Below, piece by piece: positions 21,755 to 31,302 of a stretch of 41,589 bases of DNA. The position numbers were made by a program, and so were the translations under genes. Within the stretch, counting starts at the first letter, position 1. Each line of letters begins with the position of its first letter. The notes under the pieces were generated by a model. It was not told where the DNA came from. It was given only the letters and a program-made list of their open reading frames with translations, and ran no database searches. The DNA comes from Thermoplasmata archaeon (GTDB lineage: Archaea > Thermoplasmatota > Thermoplasmata > RBG-16-68-12 > JAJISG01): assembly GCA_036444795.1 (NCBI GenBank), contig JAZFPV010000034.1:1-41589 (forward strand), read 5' to 3'.

Positions 21755-22084
21755 TCACGCTGACTCGGCCCCGGCCAGGAGGTCCTCTAAGTTGGCCTCG
21801 GTGAGGCCCTTCCCGAGGATCCCATCGGCCCGACCCAGGATATTCCCACCCTCAAAGAGGATCAGCGTGGGCACCACGTCGATGCGGTACGTGTCCCACA
21901 ACGGGTTGATCTCTTCGGAGAGGTTCACTTCGACCTTCCTGATCGGGGCTGTCTCCTTCCCGCGGAAATGGGGGAGAAAGTCCTGGCAGTAGCCGCACCA
22001 AACCGCGTGGAAGAGCGCGAGGACCGGTCCCTCCGCGTCGACGACGGCTTCGTGAAACTCGTCGGGCGTAGTGACCTGCTCCAT
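21755..22084 (-). CDS. Thioredoxin-fold protein (WCGYC active site)
   Basis: 109 aa; VLALFHAVWCGYCQDF followed by a cis-Pro region VVPTLILF, typical of thioredoxin. Confidence 0.8.
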   Translation of the reverse strand: MEQVTTPDEFHEAVVDAEGPVLALFHAVWCGYCQDFLPHFRGKETAPIRKVEVNLSEEINPLWDTYRIDVVPTLILFEGGNILGRADGILGKGLTEANLEDLLAGAESA

Positions 22085-22184
22085 CGCTGCGAGCTAGCCC
22101 TTCCTTCCATATCAAGGGGGCGGACACCCCCCGGAGGAGCCTTTATAGCGTTCCCTCCATACCTCTGCCCTTCTGTGTGATGGG

Positions 22185-25100
22185 ATGACTGACCTTAGCT
22201 CAAGCCAGGCAATGAGGGCCTACCTGGAGGGGCTGAATCAGGAGGCCGAGGCGTGTTACGCCATCGCCCGCCGCGCCCGTGCCCAGGGAATGGACCCGGA
22301 ACTCACCGTGGAAATCCTCGCGGCGGAAGATCTGCCAAGTCGGGTGGAACGCCTCCTGGAAGCATACGGCCTGGAAGGGGTCGGAGAACGAATCCGGGAG
22401 TTGAGCGCCCACCACGACCGAGAGGAGACTTCCCTCCTCCTGGCGCGGGAACTGGCGCAGGAGCCAGGACGGAGCGTGGAGGAGCGCATTGAACGCGCGA
22501 TCCGGGCGGGGCTCGCCCTGCTGACCGAGGGGGTCGTGGTGGCCCCCCTGGAGGGGCTGGGGGGCGTCCGAATCAAGAGGAACGAGGACGGCACCAACTA
22601 CCTGGACGTGTTCTACGCCGGTCCGATTCGGTCCGCCGGAGGGACGGCTCAGGCTCTCAGCGTCCTCATTGCCGACGTGGTCCGACGAGAGCTCGGGATC
22701 GGGGCCTATCGACCGACGAAGGAGGAGGTGGAACGCCTCAAGGAGGAGATTCCCGTCTACAGGCGCCTCCAGCACCTGCAACACACCCCTTCCGGGAACG
22801 ACATCGAGTTGGTCGTGGGTCACTGTCCCGTCGGGATCAACGGGGAGGGTACGGAGGAGGAGGAGATCAGTGGACACCGAGACCTGCCCCGTATAGAGAC
22901 GAATCGCATCCGCGGTGGCGCCTGTCTGGTGATTGCCGAGGGGCTCTGCCTCAAGGCACCCAAGATCCTCAAGCACGTCCGAAATCTAAAGATCGACGGG
23001 TGGGACTTCCTAACTCGATACCTCGAGGAGCGAAAGAATGACGGGGAGGACACGGAGAAGGAGCCCAGCTTCATGCAGAACATCATCGCGGGTCGACCCG
23101 TGCTGGCCCACCCGAGCCAGAAGGGCGGTTTCCGCCTCCGGTACGGCCGTACGCGGGCGACAGGACTCGCGGCGCTTGGGGTCCATCCCGCCACGATGCA
23201 TCTTGTCGACGAGTTCCTTGCCGTCGGGACCCAGATCAAGGTCGAGCGGCCCGGGAAGGCGGGAGCCGTCTCCCCCTGTCCAACCATCGAAGGGCCCTTG
23301 GTCCTCCTGAAGGACGGTAGCCTGACTGAGGTGTCCACGCTGGAGGAGGCACGCCGCCTTCGACCTGACGTCGTGACCCTGGTAGATCTAGGGGAACTTC
23401 TCGTGGCCGTCGGGGAGTTCCTGGAGAACAACCATGTCCTACTCCCTGGAGCCTACGGCCTCGACTGGTATCGGACTGAGCTCGAGGTCCACCTCGACCG
23501 CCTGCCCGAGAACTGGCAGCGTCCGTCCTTCGAGGAGGCGGAGGCTTGGTCTCGTGAGTACGGCGTCCCGATGCACCCCCGTTTCAACCTCTTCTGGCAC
23601 GAGCTCTCCGTCCAGGAGTTACGGGAGCTGCGGGCAGGACTCGCCGACCGCGGCCGTTGGGCCGGGGGCCACCTCCTGGTGCCTGCTGACGAGGACCTGC
23701 AGGCGTCCCTCGTGGACCTGGGCGCTCTCTTCCACAGGGAAGGCGACACCCTTCGGGTCGAGCGCCATGCTGGAGCCCTCCTCCTCGGCCTCGGGCTTCA
23801 TGTGGTGGATGGCGGGCTTCGGGCCGAGACGGACGCGGAGGCGCAAGATCCCCTCGGGTACGTCTCGCATCTCTCCGGGATCGCCCACCGGGCCCGGGCT
23901 CCCACACGGATTGGAGCGCGCATGGGCCGCCCGGAGAAGGCGCGTCCTCGGCTGATGAAGCCCCCTCCCCACGCCCTCTTCCCCCTCGGCGTTCAAGGAG
24001 GTCCCCAACGCCTCCTCGACAAGGCGCTGGAGAGAAACCGGGTCATCGCGGAGGTCGGGATTCGGAAATGTACCGAGTGCGGTCGGTCTTGGTTCCTATC
24101 AAGGTGCCCCTGCGGCGGTCATACGGTTCCCGTGGGCCGAACCGTGGAGGAGAGTGTCCCCCTCCGGAAGGTCTACAACCGGGCCCTCCAGGCGTTGGGA
24201 CTCAGGCGAATGCCGGGCGTAAAGCTCGTCCAGGGCATGATCTCCCGGCTGAAGACCCCCGAGGCCCTGGAAAAGGGACTGTTGCGGGCGAAGCACGAGA
24301 TCCACGTGTTCAAGGACGGAACCTGCCGATTCGACATGACGAACCTCCCCCTCACCCACTTCCGACCGGGAGAGGTCGGCCTCTCCGTCGAGCGGGCTCG
24401 GGAGCTCGGGTACGAATTCGATGTCAAGGGGCGGACTCTGGAAGATGAGCACCAACTCCTCGAGCTGCGACCCCAGGACCTGGTCGTCTCCGAGGACTGC
24501 GCAACCCACCTGGTCCAGATCGGGCGGTTTGTCGACGATCTCCTCACCCTTGCCTACGGACTGGAACCTCACTACGGGTTCGAGAAGCCGGGGGATGTCG
24601 TCGGTCATCTCGTGATGGGCCTGGCCCCCCACACCTCCGTCGGGGTCCTGGGTCGGGTCGTGGGACTGACCCCGGCTCGGGTATGCTTCGCACATCCCTA
24701 TTTCCATGCAGCCAAGCGTCGGGACGCGGACGGGGACGAGGACTCGGTCATCCTCCTCTTGGACGGCCTCCTCAACTTCAGTCGCGGGTTCTTGCCGGAC
24801 AAGCGAGGCGGGCTCATGGACGCCCCGTTGGTCTTGAGTACCCGCATCGATCCGTCAGAAGTCGATCGTGAGGTCTACAATCTGGAGGCGTGTGGCGCGT
24901 ACCCCCTCGAGTTCTTCGAGGCCGCCGAGCGGGGGCAGCACCCCCGCGAGGTGGAAGACTTGGTGGACACCGTGGCGCAGCGGGTCGGTTCCGTCCTCCA
25001 GTTCGAGGGGTTTGGGTTTACCCACGAGGTGGACCGGCTGGACGAGGCGCCGTTGCACACCGCCTACACGGAAGGGAACATGCTCGCCAAGATTGAGGGC

Positions 25101-25502
25101 CAGTTGGCCCTGGCAAATCGGATCCGGGCCGTCAACGCCGAGGACGTGGTCGCTCGGATCGTGAATCACCACTTTCTTCCCGACCTCATCGGCAACCTTC
25201 GGGCCTTTACAACCCAGCGGTTCCGGTGCACGAAGTGCAACACAAAATACCGACGCATGCCTCTCGCCGGGAGATGTCTCCAATGTGGCGGCAAGCTGAC
25301 GTTGACCGTCCACAGGAGGGGGGTCATAAAGTACTTGGAACTCTCGAAACGCATCGCGGAGGAGTACGAGATTTCTCCCTACCTGCGGCAACGCATAGGC
25401 CTCGTGGAAGAGGCCATTGCCTCCCTCTTCTCCGACGAGAGCCGGCAGGTCGTCCAGTTGGAGGATTTCCTCGCATCGGGGTCCCGGTCGGACGGTGCCT
25501 AG
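22185..25502 (+). CDS. polC: DNA polymerase II (PolD) large subunit DP2
   Basis: 1105 aa with motifs recognised as DP2-like (YAGPIRSAGGTAQA, GEGTEEEE, GRPEKA, CxxCG Zn clusters, C-terminal FRCTKCNTKYRRMPLAGRCLQCGGKL). The continuous frame and ordinary length leave no room for an intein. Confidence 0.95.
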   Translation: MTDLSSSQAMRAYLEGLNQEAEACYAIARRARAQGMDPELTVEILAAEDLPSRVERLLEAYGLEGVGERIRELSAHHDREETSLLLARELAQEPGRSVEERIERAIRAGLALLTEGVVVAPLEGLGGVRIKRNEDGTNYLDVFYAGPIRSAGGTAQALSVLIADVVRRELGIGAYRPTKEEVERLKEEIPVYRRLQHLQHTPSGNDIELVVGHCPVGINGEGTEEEEISGHRDLPRIETNRIRGGACLVIAEGLCLKAPKILKHVRNLKIDGWDFLTRYLEERKNDGEDTEKEPSFMQNIIAGRPVLAHPSQKGGFRLRYGRTRATGLAALGVHPATMHLVDEFLAVGTQIKVERPGKAGAVSPCPTIEGPLVLLKDGSLTEVSTLEEARRLRPDVVTLVDLGELLVAVGEFLENNHVLLPGAYGLDWYRTELEVHLDRLPENWQRPSFEEAEAWSREYGVPMHPRFNLFWHELSVQELRELRAGLADRGRWAGGHLLVPADEDLQASLVDLGALFHREGDTLRVERHAGALLLGLGLHVVDGGLRAETDAEAQDPLGYVSHLSGIAHRARAPTRIGARMGRPEKARPRLMKPPPHALFPLGVQGGPQRLLDKALERNRVIAEVGIRKCTECGRSWFLSRCPCGGHTVPVGRTVEESVPLRKVYNRALQALGLRRMPGVKLVQGMISRLKTPEALEKGLLRAKHEIHVFKDGTCRFDMTNLPLTHFRPGEVGLSVERARELGYEFDVKGRTLEDEHQLLELRPQDLVVSEDCATHLVQIGRFVDDLLTLAYGLEPHYGFEKPGDVVGHLVMGLAPHTSVGVLGRVVGLTPARVCFAHPYFHAAKRRDADGDEDSVILLLDGLLNFSRGFLPDKRGGLMDAPLVLSTRIDPSEVDREVYNLEACGAYPLEFFEAAERGQHPREVEDLVDTVAQRVGSVLQFEGFGFTHEVDRLDEAPLHTAYTEGNMLAKIEGQLALANRIRAVNAEDVVARIVNHHFLPDLIGNLRAFTTQRFRCTKCNTKYRRMPLAGRCLQCGGKLTLTVHRRGVIKYLELSKRIAEEYEISPYLRQRIGLVEEAIASLFSDESRQVVQLEDFLASGSRSDGA

Positions 25503-25768
25503 GCGCGGCGGGCTCGGCCGATGAGGACGCCCGAGGTGACAAGGGCGCCGAGGCCGATGACGAGGGCGAGGATGCCGGCGAGGAGGATGTTGACCCAAAT
25601 CTCCTCGGGCAGGAAGAGGGCGACAAGGAAGGCAAGCAAACCGATGCCGAGAAGAGCGGCCCCCGCCTTCCCCACGGCCGGGAACCGGAGGGCGTAGTTG
25701 CAATTCGGACAGACGAGGTTGCTGGGATTCTCAAGTGCGACACGGCAACGAGGGCAACGGTCCGGCAT
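25499..25768 (-). CDS. Small membrane protein with an N-terminal Zn ribbon (CPRC...CPNCNYA) and two TM helices
   Basis: 89 aa; MPDRCPRCRVALENPSNLVCPNCNYAL followed by two hydrophobic stretches. Shares the CxxC..L....CxxCxYA pattern with ORFs at 30743-32343. Confidence 0.5.
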   Translation of the reverse strand: MPDRCPRCRVALENPSNLVCPNCNYALRFPAVGKAGAALLGIGLLAFLVALFLPEEIWVNILLAGILALVIGLGALVTSGVLIGRARRA

Positions 25769-25794
25769 CCCGCCGAAACGAGGACTCGGAACTA

Positions 25795-26898
25795 CTAAAA
25801 GCTGGCGCCGCGCGCGGCGGCCTCCAAGATCCCCTTCATCGCCGTCACGAATGGCTTCTCTCCAAACCGTTCCGCATGCCTCTCCGCCGCCCTCCGCAGG
25901 TCGAGCAACGTGGAATCATCCAAGCTTCGGATTTTTCGGACAAACGCCTCGGGTTCCGGAGGGAGGAGCCATCCCGTCGCCCCGTGACGCACGCTTTCCC
26001 GGTAGCCCCCCTCGTTCGTTGCCAGGACCGCCTTGCCTGAGGCCATCGCTTCGACGGGCGTCAGGCCGAAATCCTCGTCGACGGCCGTGGCGACAACCCC
26101 GCGACATCGGGCGTAGAGGTCCACCAATTCCTCCTCGGTGACTTCGCCCCGTAGAGTCACGTTGGAGGGCGGGTCGAGGGCCGCGACGTAGCGGGCGCTG
26201 TGGTCCCCGGGAGCCCAACCCCCTACGACCACCAGGCGTTCCTCCGGAAGGTGTCGGAAGACCTCGAATTGCAGGTCGACCCGCTTCTCCGGATAGAGTC
26301 GGTTCACGCTAAGCCAGAAATCCCCCAGCTCCCGGAACCGGAACTGGGAGGTCGCCACAGGAGGGTACACGATGGGAGCTTCCCGATCGTAATACGTGCG
26401 TATCCGTCGCCGAACGTTCTTGCTGATGGCGACGATCCGGTCGACACCGTTCACCGAGGCTCGATCGAGACTAGCATGGACCCGGGTCCAGGCCCGGTAG
26501 AAGGGTCGCTGGGGGGGCGGGAGGCTCGAGAGAAGGGCCTTGCGTCGATCGTAAAAGGCCCGCACCGGGGTGTAACAATACAGGACGCCCGGACGGTGTC
26601 GCTCTCCTGCATGGTGGGCCCAGTTCCCCGAGAAGACGAAGGCATCAAACCCGGATATCCGGGCCCGCCGAAAGCGCCCAGAGGCGTGAATCTGCTTCAG
26701 GGGGGCCGTCAGGACCAGGGGACCGAGGTCGTGAATCCGGACGCGCTGCTCTCCCAGGCGGGTCAGAACGTCCGGCCGAAGGTTGGTGGTGAACAAGTCT
26801 GCATCGAGGGCCCTGGCCAGGGTGAGCATGGCCTTCTCTCCGCCCCCGATCTTGTCGAAGTAGTCGTGGAATATGGCGACCCGCATGGACTCTCGCAC
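25795..26898 (-). CDS. Glycosyltransferase, GT4 family (GT-B fold)
   Basis: C-terminal EDFGLTPVEAMASGKAVLATNEGGYRESV (E-x7-E region). The start is either the GTG at 26898 or the ATG at 26886 (MRVAIFHDYF). Confidence 0.85.
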   Translation of the reverse strand: MRESMRVAIFHDYFDKIGGGEKAMLTLARALDADLFTTNLRPDVLTRLGEQRVRIHDLGPLVLTAPLKQIHASGRFRRARISGFDAFVFSGNWAHHAGERHRPGVLYCYTPVRAFYDRRKALLSSLPPPQRPFYRAWTRVHASLDRASVNGVDRIVAISKNVRRRIRTYYDREAPIVYPPVATSQFRFRELGDFWLSVNRLYPEKRVDLQFEVFRHLPEERLVVVGGWAPGDHSARYVAALDPPSNVTLRGEVTEEELVDLYARCRGVVATAVDEDFGLTPVEAMASGKAVLATNEGGYRESVRHGATGWLLPPEPEAFVRKIRSLDDSTLLDLRRAAERHAERFGEKPFVTAMKGILEAAARGASF

Positions 26899-26921
26899 GA
26901 TGGCCCTCCTGGTGCATCAAG

Positions 26922-26929
26922 GTTAATAT
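26922..26929. promoter_or_regulatory. AT-rich element (GTTAATAT) in the 53-nt divergent spacer between the GT4 gene and the polytopic membrane gene; possible bidirectional TATA
   Basis: The only AT-rich stretch in the spacer, ~30 nt from the GTG at 26952 and ~25-40 nt from the minus-strand start candidates. Confidence 0.35.
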
Positions 26930-26951
26930 CGCCCGCTCCGGATGCGGGGGG

Positions 26952-28604
26952 GTGCGTAGGTCGACCGGATTCGCTCTTCTCGCGGTGCTCTTCCTCTCCC
27001 TCTACATCCGCCTCATTCCCGTGACCCAGTTTCTCTACTGGGGGGCGGACTTCGGGGAGTACTTTGGCCTTACGCGGACCGTCTACGAGGTCCAGCCGTT
27101 GCCCGCTCCGTACCTAGGCTGGGGCGTGACCTATCCCGAGTTCCCCGGACTGTTCATCCTCAACGCCGTGGCCGCGTGGACGGGAATTCCGATCGAGGCC
27201 GCTGCCGTGCTCCTCGTGCCCATCTTGGCCGCTCTCGTCGTGATCCCCGTCTTTCTGCTGACCCGCGAGGTGACCCAGAGGGACGGGGCGGCCCTCGTGG
27301 CCGCGGCCCTCGTGGCCGTCCTGAGCCCCCATGCCTACCCGACTTCCCACGCCATCCCCGGGGCCTTGGGGGACCTCCTCTTTGTCACAGGCCTCCTCCT
27401 TCTCATCCGACTCCGCTCGGACGCCCGAATGCTGGGGCTGCTCATCCCCGTCGCCCTCGCGCTCGTCCCCCTCCACCACCTCTCGAGCTACTTTCTGATC
27501 GTGACGACCTTCTTCGTCGCGTTCTTCCGGGTGGTCGTCTGGCGAGCCCGTTGGGAGGAGATTCGGAGAGAGACGGGTTTCCTCGCCTTTCTCGTCGCCA
27601 TCAACGTGATCTATTGGGTCGCCTACGCGGAGACCTTCCGCCTCTTCCTCGGGTTCGAGCGCATCTCGCCTTTCCTGACGGCCGGGTTTCTTCTCGCGCT
27701 TCCGTTTGTACTGTACCCCCTCGCCCGGCTCCGGGCCCGAGTCGCCTGGAGGTTCCGTCCGCGCTGGCCCCCGGCGCGTCAATCTTGGCGCGTCCTCCTT
27801 GGCGTTGCCCTCGCCGTCGCAGGCCTCCTCGCCTTCGTTACCCTGGTTCAGGTGCCCGGGACGAACATTTCCATCCCGGTTCCGGGCCTCCTCTACGCTG
27901 CGGCCTTCCTACCCCTGCTTCTCCTCGCAGCCCCCGGTCGGAAGGCGTTCGACTTCCTCCTGCAAGGCGTCTTCATCACGGGAGCCTTCCTGGCTCTCAC
28001 CCTGTCCTGGATCGTGGGAAGCGGGATTGCTCCCGCGTTCCTGGTCCCATACCGACACTTCCAGTACATGGTACCCCTCATGGGTGCCTACGCGGGGATG
28101 GGCGCGGTGCTCCTACACCGCAGGACCGGGACCCGGATCATCGTCCCGCTCCTCGTCGGGCTGGTCGTTCTCGCCGCCGCGACGGCCATCCCGCCTCGCG
28201 AGGCCCTGGCCAACCACTTCGAAGGCACGCGACCGGAGGCCCTCGTAGGGGTCCAATGGGCGGGGACCCGTATCCCGACGCTCACCGCCACCGATCACCG
28301 GGTCTCCACCATCCTCTTCGGCTTCGTCGGCGTCCTCGGCACATGGGATACGGTGTCGGCCCCCCTTCACGCTCCCACGTTTGAGGGGGCCCGTGCTGAG
28401 ATGGTCGCGATCCCGGGCGGGCGTGAACGTATTGACTTTGTCGTTCTCGATGTGGATCTGATCGCGGGTGCGACGCTTTTGCCTTGGGATCCCGCTCTGC
28501 CCCTCTCCGCGGCGGCCCAGGCCAAGTTCGTAGGGACGCACTACCTCAAGCTCTACGACGACGGGTACGCTCAGGTCTACTGGGTGAATTGGGGCAACGC
28601 ATAA
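26952..28604 (+). CDS. Polytopic membrane protein, possible GT-C-fold glycosyltransferase (PMT_2/ArnT-like), with a C-terminal soluble domain
   Basis: About 12 predicted TM helices followed by a ~130-aa hydrophilic C-terminus. Divergently paired with a GT4 gene. No diagnostic motif (for example WWDYG) was recognised, so the functional call is weak. Confidence 0.45.
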   Translation: MRRSTGFALLAVLFLSLYIRLIPVTQFLYWGADFGEYFGLTRTVYEVQPLPAPYLGWGVTYPEFPGLFILNAVAAWTGIPIEAAAVLLVPILAALVVIPVFLLTREVTQRDGAALVAAALVAVLSPHAYPTSHAIPGALGDLLFVTGLLLLIRLRSDARMLGLLIPVALALVPLHHLSSYFLIVTTFFVAFFRVVVWRARWEEIRRETGFLAFLVAINVIYWVAYAETFRLFLGFERISPFLTAGFLLALPFVLYPLARLRARVAWRFRPRWPPARQSWRVLLGVALAVAGLLAFVTLVQVPGTNISIPVPGLLYAAAFLPLLLLAAPGRKAFDFLLQGVFITGAFLALTLSWIVGSGIAPAFLVPYRHFQYMVPLMGAYAGMGAVLLHRRTGTRIIVPLLVGLVVLAAATAIPPREALANHFEGTRPEALVGVQWAGTRIPTLTATDHRVSTILFGFVGVLGTWDTVSAPLHAPTFEGARAEMVAIPGGRERIDFVVLDVDLIAGATLLPWDPALPLSAAAQAKFVGTHYLKLYDDGYAQVYWVNWGNA

Positions 28605-28623
28605 CCCGGGGATGCCGAGCGCG

Positions 28624-29019
28624 CTACTGAGGCACCGCTTCGTAGCACACGTTGCAGTTGTCCAGGTCGGCAATCTTTCGGTGGTAATTGCAGAATCGGT
28701 CGGTGTACATGATCTGCCAACAGATGGTGCTCATCCGGCCCACCTGGGCGGGCCGGGAGAGTCCCCCCGCGATGTCCTGTGCCAGATCCACGACGAACCC
28801 CTCGATCTCCGGGAACAGGGACAGGACACCGTCGTCCTCGCCGCGCGCGTGGGTGTGGTAGTGACTGACCGTAGCCTGCGTCACTCCAAGATGGCCGGCG
28901 ACCTCCACCTGTTTCATCCTGTACTCCTCGAGAAGGACCCGCGCGAGGCGGGCCCGAATGGTGGGGAGCACCTTGTGGACAACGAGTTCATAGGGCTGGA
29001 GCATCGGGCCCCCTGACAC
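28624..29019 (-). CDS. HTH transcriptional regulator with a C-terminal Cys-rich domain (COG2522-like)
   Basis: XRE-type HTH MKQVEVAGHLGVTQATVSHY and C-terminal C...C....CNVC. A TATA-like GATTAAATAT at 29041-29050 lies 22-31 nt upstream of the GTG at 29019, consistent with a leaderless transcript. Confidence 0.7.
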   Translation of the reverse strand: MSGGPMLQPYELVVHKVLPTIRARLARVLLEEYRMKQVEVAGHLGVTQATVSHYHTHARGEDDGVLSLFPEIEGFVVDLAQDIAGGLSRPAQVGRMSTICWQIMYTDRFCNYHRKIADLDNCNVCYEAVPQ

Positions 29020-29091
29020 GTGGTGAGAAACGGTTCGTCAATATTTAATCGTATCTTGGGCGCCCGGATTGGCCATCGTTGGAGGGCTACG

Positions 29092-29673
29092 CTAGCCTGG
29101 AAGAAGCCACGACCGGAAACGGCACACGTCGTCGCCCCGGGCGAGGCAATCCGTCTCGGCGATGCGGAGGTTCAGCCCCAGGCTCCCCTTGGCCCATCCC
29201 GCCGCGAGGCCCTCGAAGAATGCACACACGGGCGTTTCTAGCCCCCCGTTCTCGCGCCCCGACTTGCCCATCACCGTCCCCAGATCGAAGGTCCACACAA
29301 GGCGTTCCTGCCGGTCATCGTACACAAGCTCGCTCGCCCCGAATCCCGTCCCCGCGAGGATGGGTGGCATCGCCAGAAGGGTCTCCGCCTTAGGCATGCT
29401 GGAATCCCGGGCCCGGTCCAGGGCCTCGGCACTCTCCAGCCCAACGTGGTAGCCCATCTCCCGACAGAGGTCTCGAGCCGGGGGATGGAGGGTCACATCT
29501 TCTAACACCTCCATGAGCTCGAGAATGAGGGACGACCAGACCACCGCAGGAGAACCGGGTCCCTCCCCACTCGAGGGCCCTCGTTTCGAATCCCGAGGGA
29601 ACCCCTTGGCGAGGCCAGTCCCGAAGTAGTCCTCGACCGAGTCGACGGTCAGGTTGACCTTGTAGACGGTCAT
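29092..29673 (-). CDS. V4R-domain protein (small-molecule-binding domain)
   Basis: The C-terminal CAFFEGLAAGWAKGSLGLNLRIAETDCLARGDDVCRFRS matches the V4R C..G...E..C...G...C.F pattern. Confidence 0.65.
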   Translation of the reverse strand: MTVYKVNLTVDSVEDYFGTGLAKGFPRDSKRGPSSGEGPGSPAVVWSSLILELMEVLEDVTLHPPARDLCREMGYHVGLESAEALDRARDSSMPKAETLLAMPPILAGTGFGASELVYDDRQERLVWTFDLGTVMGKSGRENGGLETPVCAFFEGLAAGWAKGSLGLNLRIAETDCLARGDDVCRFRSWLLPG

Positions 29674-29760
29674 CCCAGAGATCCTCGAGACGATTCATGC
29701 CGGGGGCCCCCGTATAAGGATTTCTCGCTCAGAATCCAACTTGCAACAGGGCGAAAGGTC

Positions 29761-30540
29761 CTAACCAGTGACTTCCAGACGGGCTGAGCCGTCGACACCC
29801 TCATGGTGTGCCAACACGCGGTAAGCCCCGCGGGGTGCGGTACGAGGGATCTGCAGTTCGACCCGGAAACGGCCGTTCGCCTCTGTGATTGTCTCCCCTC
29901 GGGTCTGCTCGGCGCGCTGCGGGTCGAGGATGGTCACTTCGATGTCCATGGAAGCGGAATCCTTCAGCATCAGTTCACCTGCGATGAGAACACGGTCGCC
30001 CGGAGCCACGGTGGATGGAGTGGACGCCACGGCCACCACATGCTCTCGCACAATCCTTTCGCCCGCGCGTCTGGCTCCCTTGTGCAGGACCACCGGCCCT
30101 TGAGAGCTGTCCACCGAGAAGGCGACGACCTCACCGACGAAGGCCGTGTGGTCTCCCATCGGGACCTGCTGCACGACCCGGCACTCGGCGTTCAGAGTGG
30201 CACCCCGAATGAGGGGTGCCCCGATCTTCTCGGCGGGGTAGGTGTCGAACAGGTCGCTGGAAACCTTGTCGATCTCCCGTCCGCTGAAGTGACCCGCGAA
30301 GGACATGGCGTTGACCAAATCCTCGGGCACCATGTTGACCCCAAACTCGTGGGTCTCTACAATCGCTTCGTAGGTCGCCTTCCCCGGACGGATGTGTACG
30401 GACACGAGAAAAGGATCATAGGAGACATGGAAGGTCCACTCCGCGGCCATGACGTTGTCCCCGCTGGAGCCGCGGGTGGTCACAAGAGACACGCCCGTCG
30501 TGAACTGCCGGAACGCATCGCGTACGTTGGCCGATACCAT
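29761..30540 (-). CDS. Flavin reductase-like FMN-binding protein with a C-terminal beta-sandwich-like extension
   Basis: FRQFTTGVSLVTT...NVMAAEWTFHVSYDPFLVSV is the split-barrel flavin reductase signature. An extra ~90 aa follows at the C-terminus. Met20 (30540) is preferred as the start; the tracked ORF extends to 30597. Confidence 0.7.
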   Translation of the reverse strand: MVSANVRDAFRQFTTGVSLVTTRGSSGDNVMAAEWTFHVSYDPFLVSVHIRPGKATYEAIVETHEFGVNMVPEDLVNAMSFAGHFSGREIDKVSSDLFDTYPAEKIGAPLIRGATLNAECRVVQQVPMGDHTAFVGEVVAFSVDSSQGPVVLHKGARRAGERIVREHVVAVASTPSTVAPGDRVLIAGELMLKDSASMDIEVTILDPQRAEQTRGETITEANGRFRVELQIPRTAPRGAYRVLAHHEGVDGSARLEVTG

Positions 30541-30656
30541 GGCTGAAACACGGGGGGCATCCGTGAAATACGTGACGCGTCGCCAATTTGACAGCATCCG
30601 TCTCCGGCCCCTAGCCCGACAATTACTTTTACGCCCGCCGCTCCTTTCGGGCCCGC

Positions 30657-30742
30657 GCCGCCGTAGCTCAGCTGGCGAGAGCGACGGTCTTGTAACCGCG
30701 CAAGAGAACCGTAGGTCAAGGGTTCGAATCCCTTCGGCGGCT
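30657..30742 (+). tRNA. tRNA-Thr (anticodon UGU) with a 12-nt intron at the canonical 37/38 position (30695-30706)
   Basis: GCCGCCG TA GCTC AGCTGGCGA GAGC G ACGGT CTTGTA[ACCGCGCAAGAG]A ACCGT AGGTC AAGGG TTCGAAT CCCTT CGGCGGC T. All stems are Watson-Crick. The anticodon-intron helix is CTTG:CAAG with a 3-nt 3' bulge AGA. A TATA-like AATTACTTTTAC lies ~30 nt upstream. Confidence 0.85.
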
Positions 30743-31270
30743 TCACCTCATTGGGGTCCACGGACGCTGGGCGGACCTGTTTTCCCACATCAAGAACTCG
30801 GCCGGATTGAACGAATCCCCACTCCGGACGGCGTTCCTGGCAGCCGGGGCATATTGGAATCCACAATTCGCGCACCGAGCAGTACGCTCCTCGTGAGGAC
30901 CACCCTGCGGGCAACGTACGCCTCCGGTGGTTCGCGCCGCCCAGTAGATGAACACAGCGAGAAAGATGCCGAGGAGGAGGACGGTGGGGTGGGGAGGGAC
31001 GGTGATGAAGGCGAGCAAGGCGGACATGAGGACAATCACCGCCGCGATCACGATCGCTCCCGTCAGCCTCACCTGATGGCCAACGATCCTCTCCTTCTCC
31101 TCCAAGGCTCCAGAACCCTCGTCATTCGTCAAAAAATGGTTCCCCCGAGGGGGGACGGGCGGGGGGTTTCGCCCGAGCAGAGCCGTATATGCGGGCAGGG
31201 ATTTTGAGAAGTTGCCCCTCTGTTTCCCTCCTCTGGGTTCCGATTTTGATTTCAAGCCACAAAGCCTCAA
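30743..31270 (-). CDS. Hypothetical membrane protein with a C-terminal Zn-ribbon-like motif (start uncertain; possibly the TTG at 31132)
   Basis: Two hydrophobic helices followed by RCPQGG...RCANCGFQYAPA, which resembles the CxxCxxYAP half-motif of the neighbouring Zn-ribbon genes. The stop abuts the tRNA-Thr 3' end. Coding status is tentative. Confidence 0.4.
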   Translation of the reverse strand: MRLCGLKSKSEPRGGKQRGNFSKSLPAYTALLGRNPPPVPPRGNHFLTNDEGSGALEEKERIVGHQVRLTGAIVIAAVIVLMSALLAFITVPPHPTVLLLGIFLAVFIYWAARTTGGVRCPQGGPHEERTARCANCGFQYAPAARNAVRSGDSFNPAEFLMWENRSAQRPWTPMR

Positions 31271-31302
31271 ATAGGGAACTATGGCAGCACAAGATCGGTG
31301 AG

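Noticed and set aside
22185-25502. Checked PolD DP2 (and RpoB, RpoA') for inteins or programmed frameshifts.
   Set aside because: The reading frames are continuous and lengths are ordinary. No intein block motifs or homing-endonuclease-like inserts were seen.
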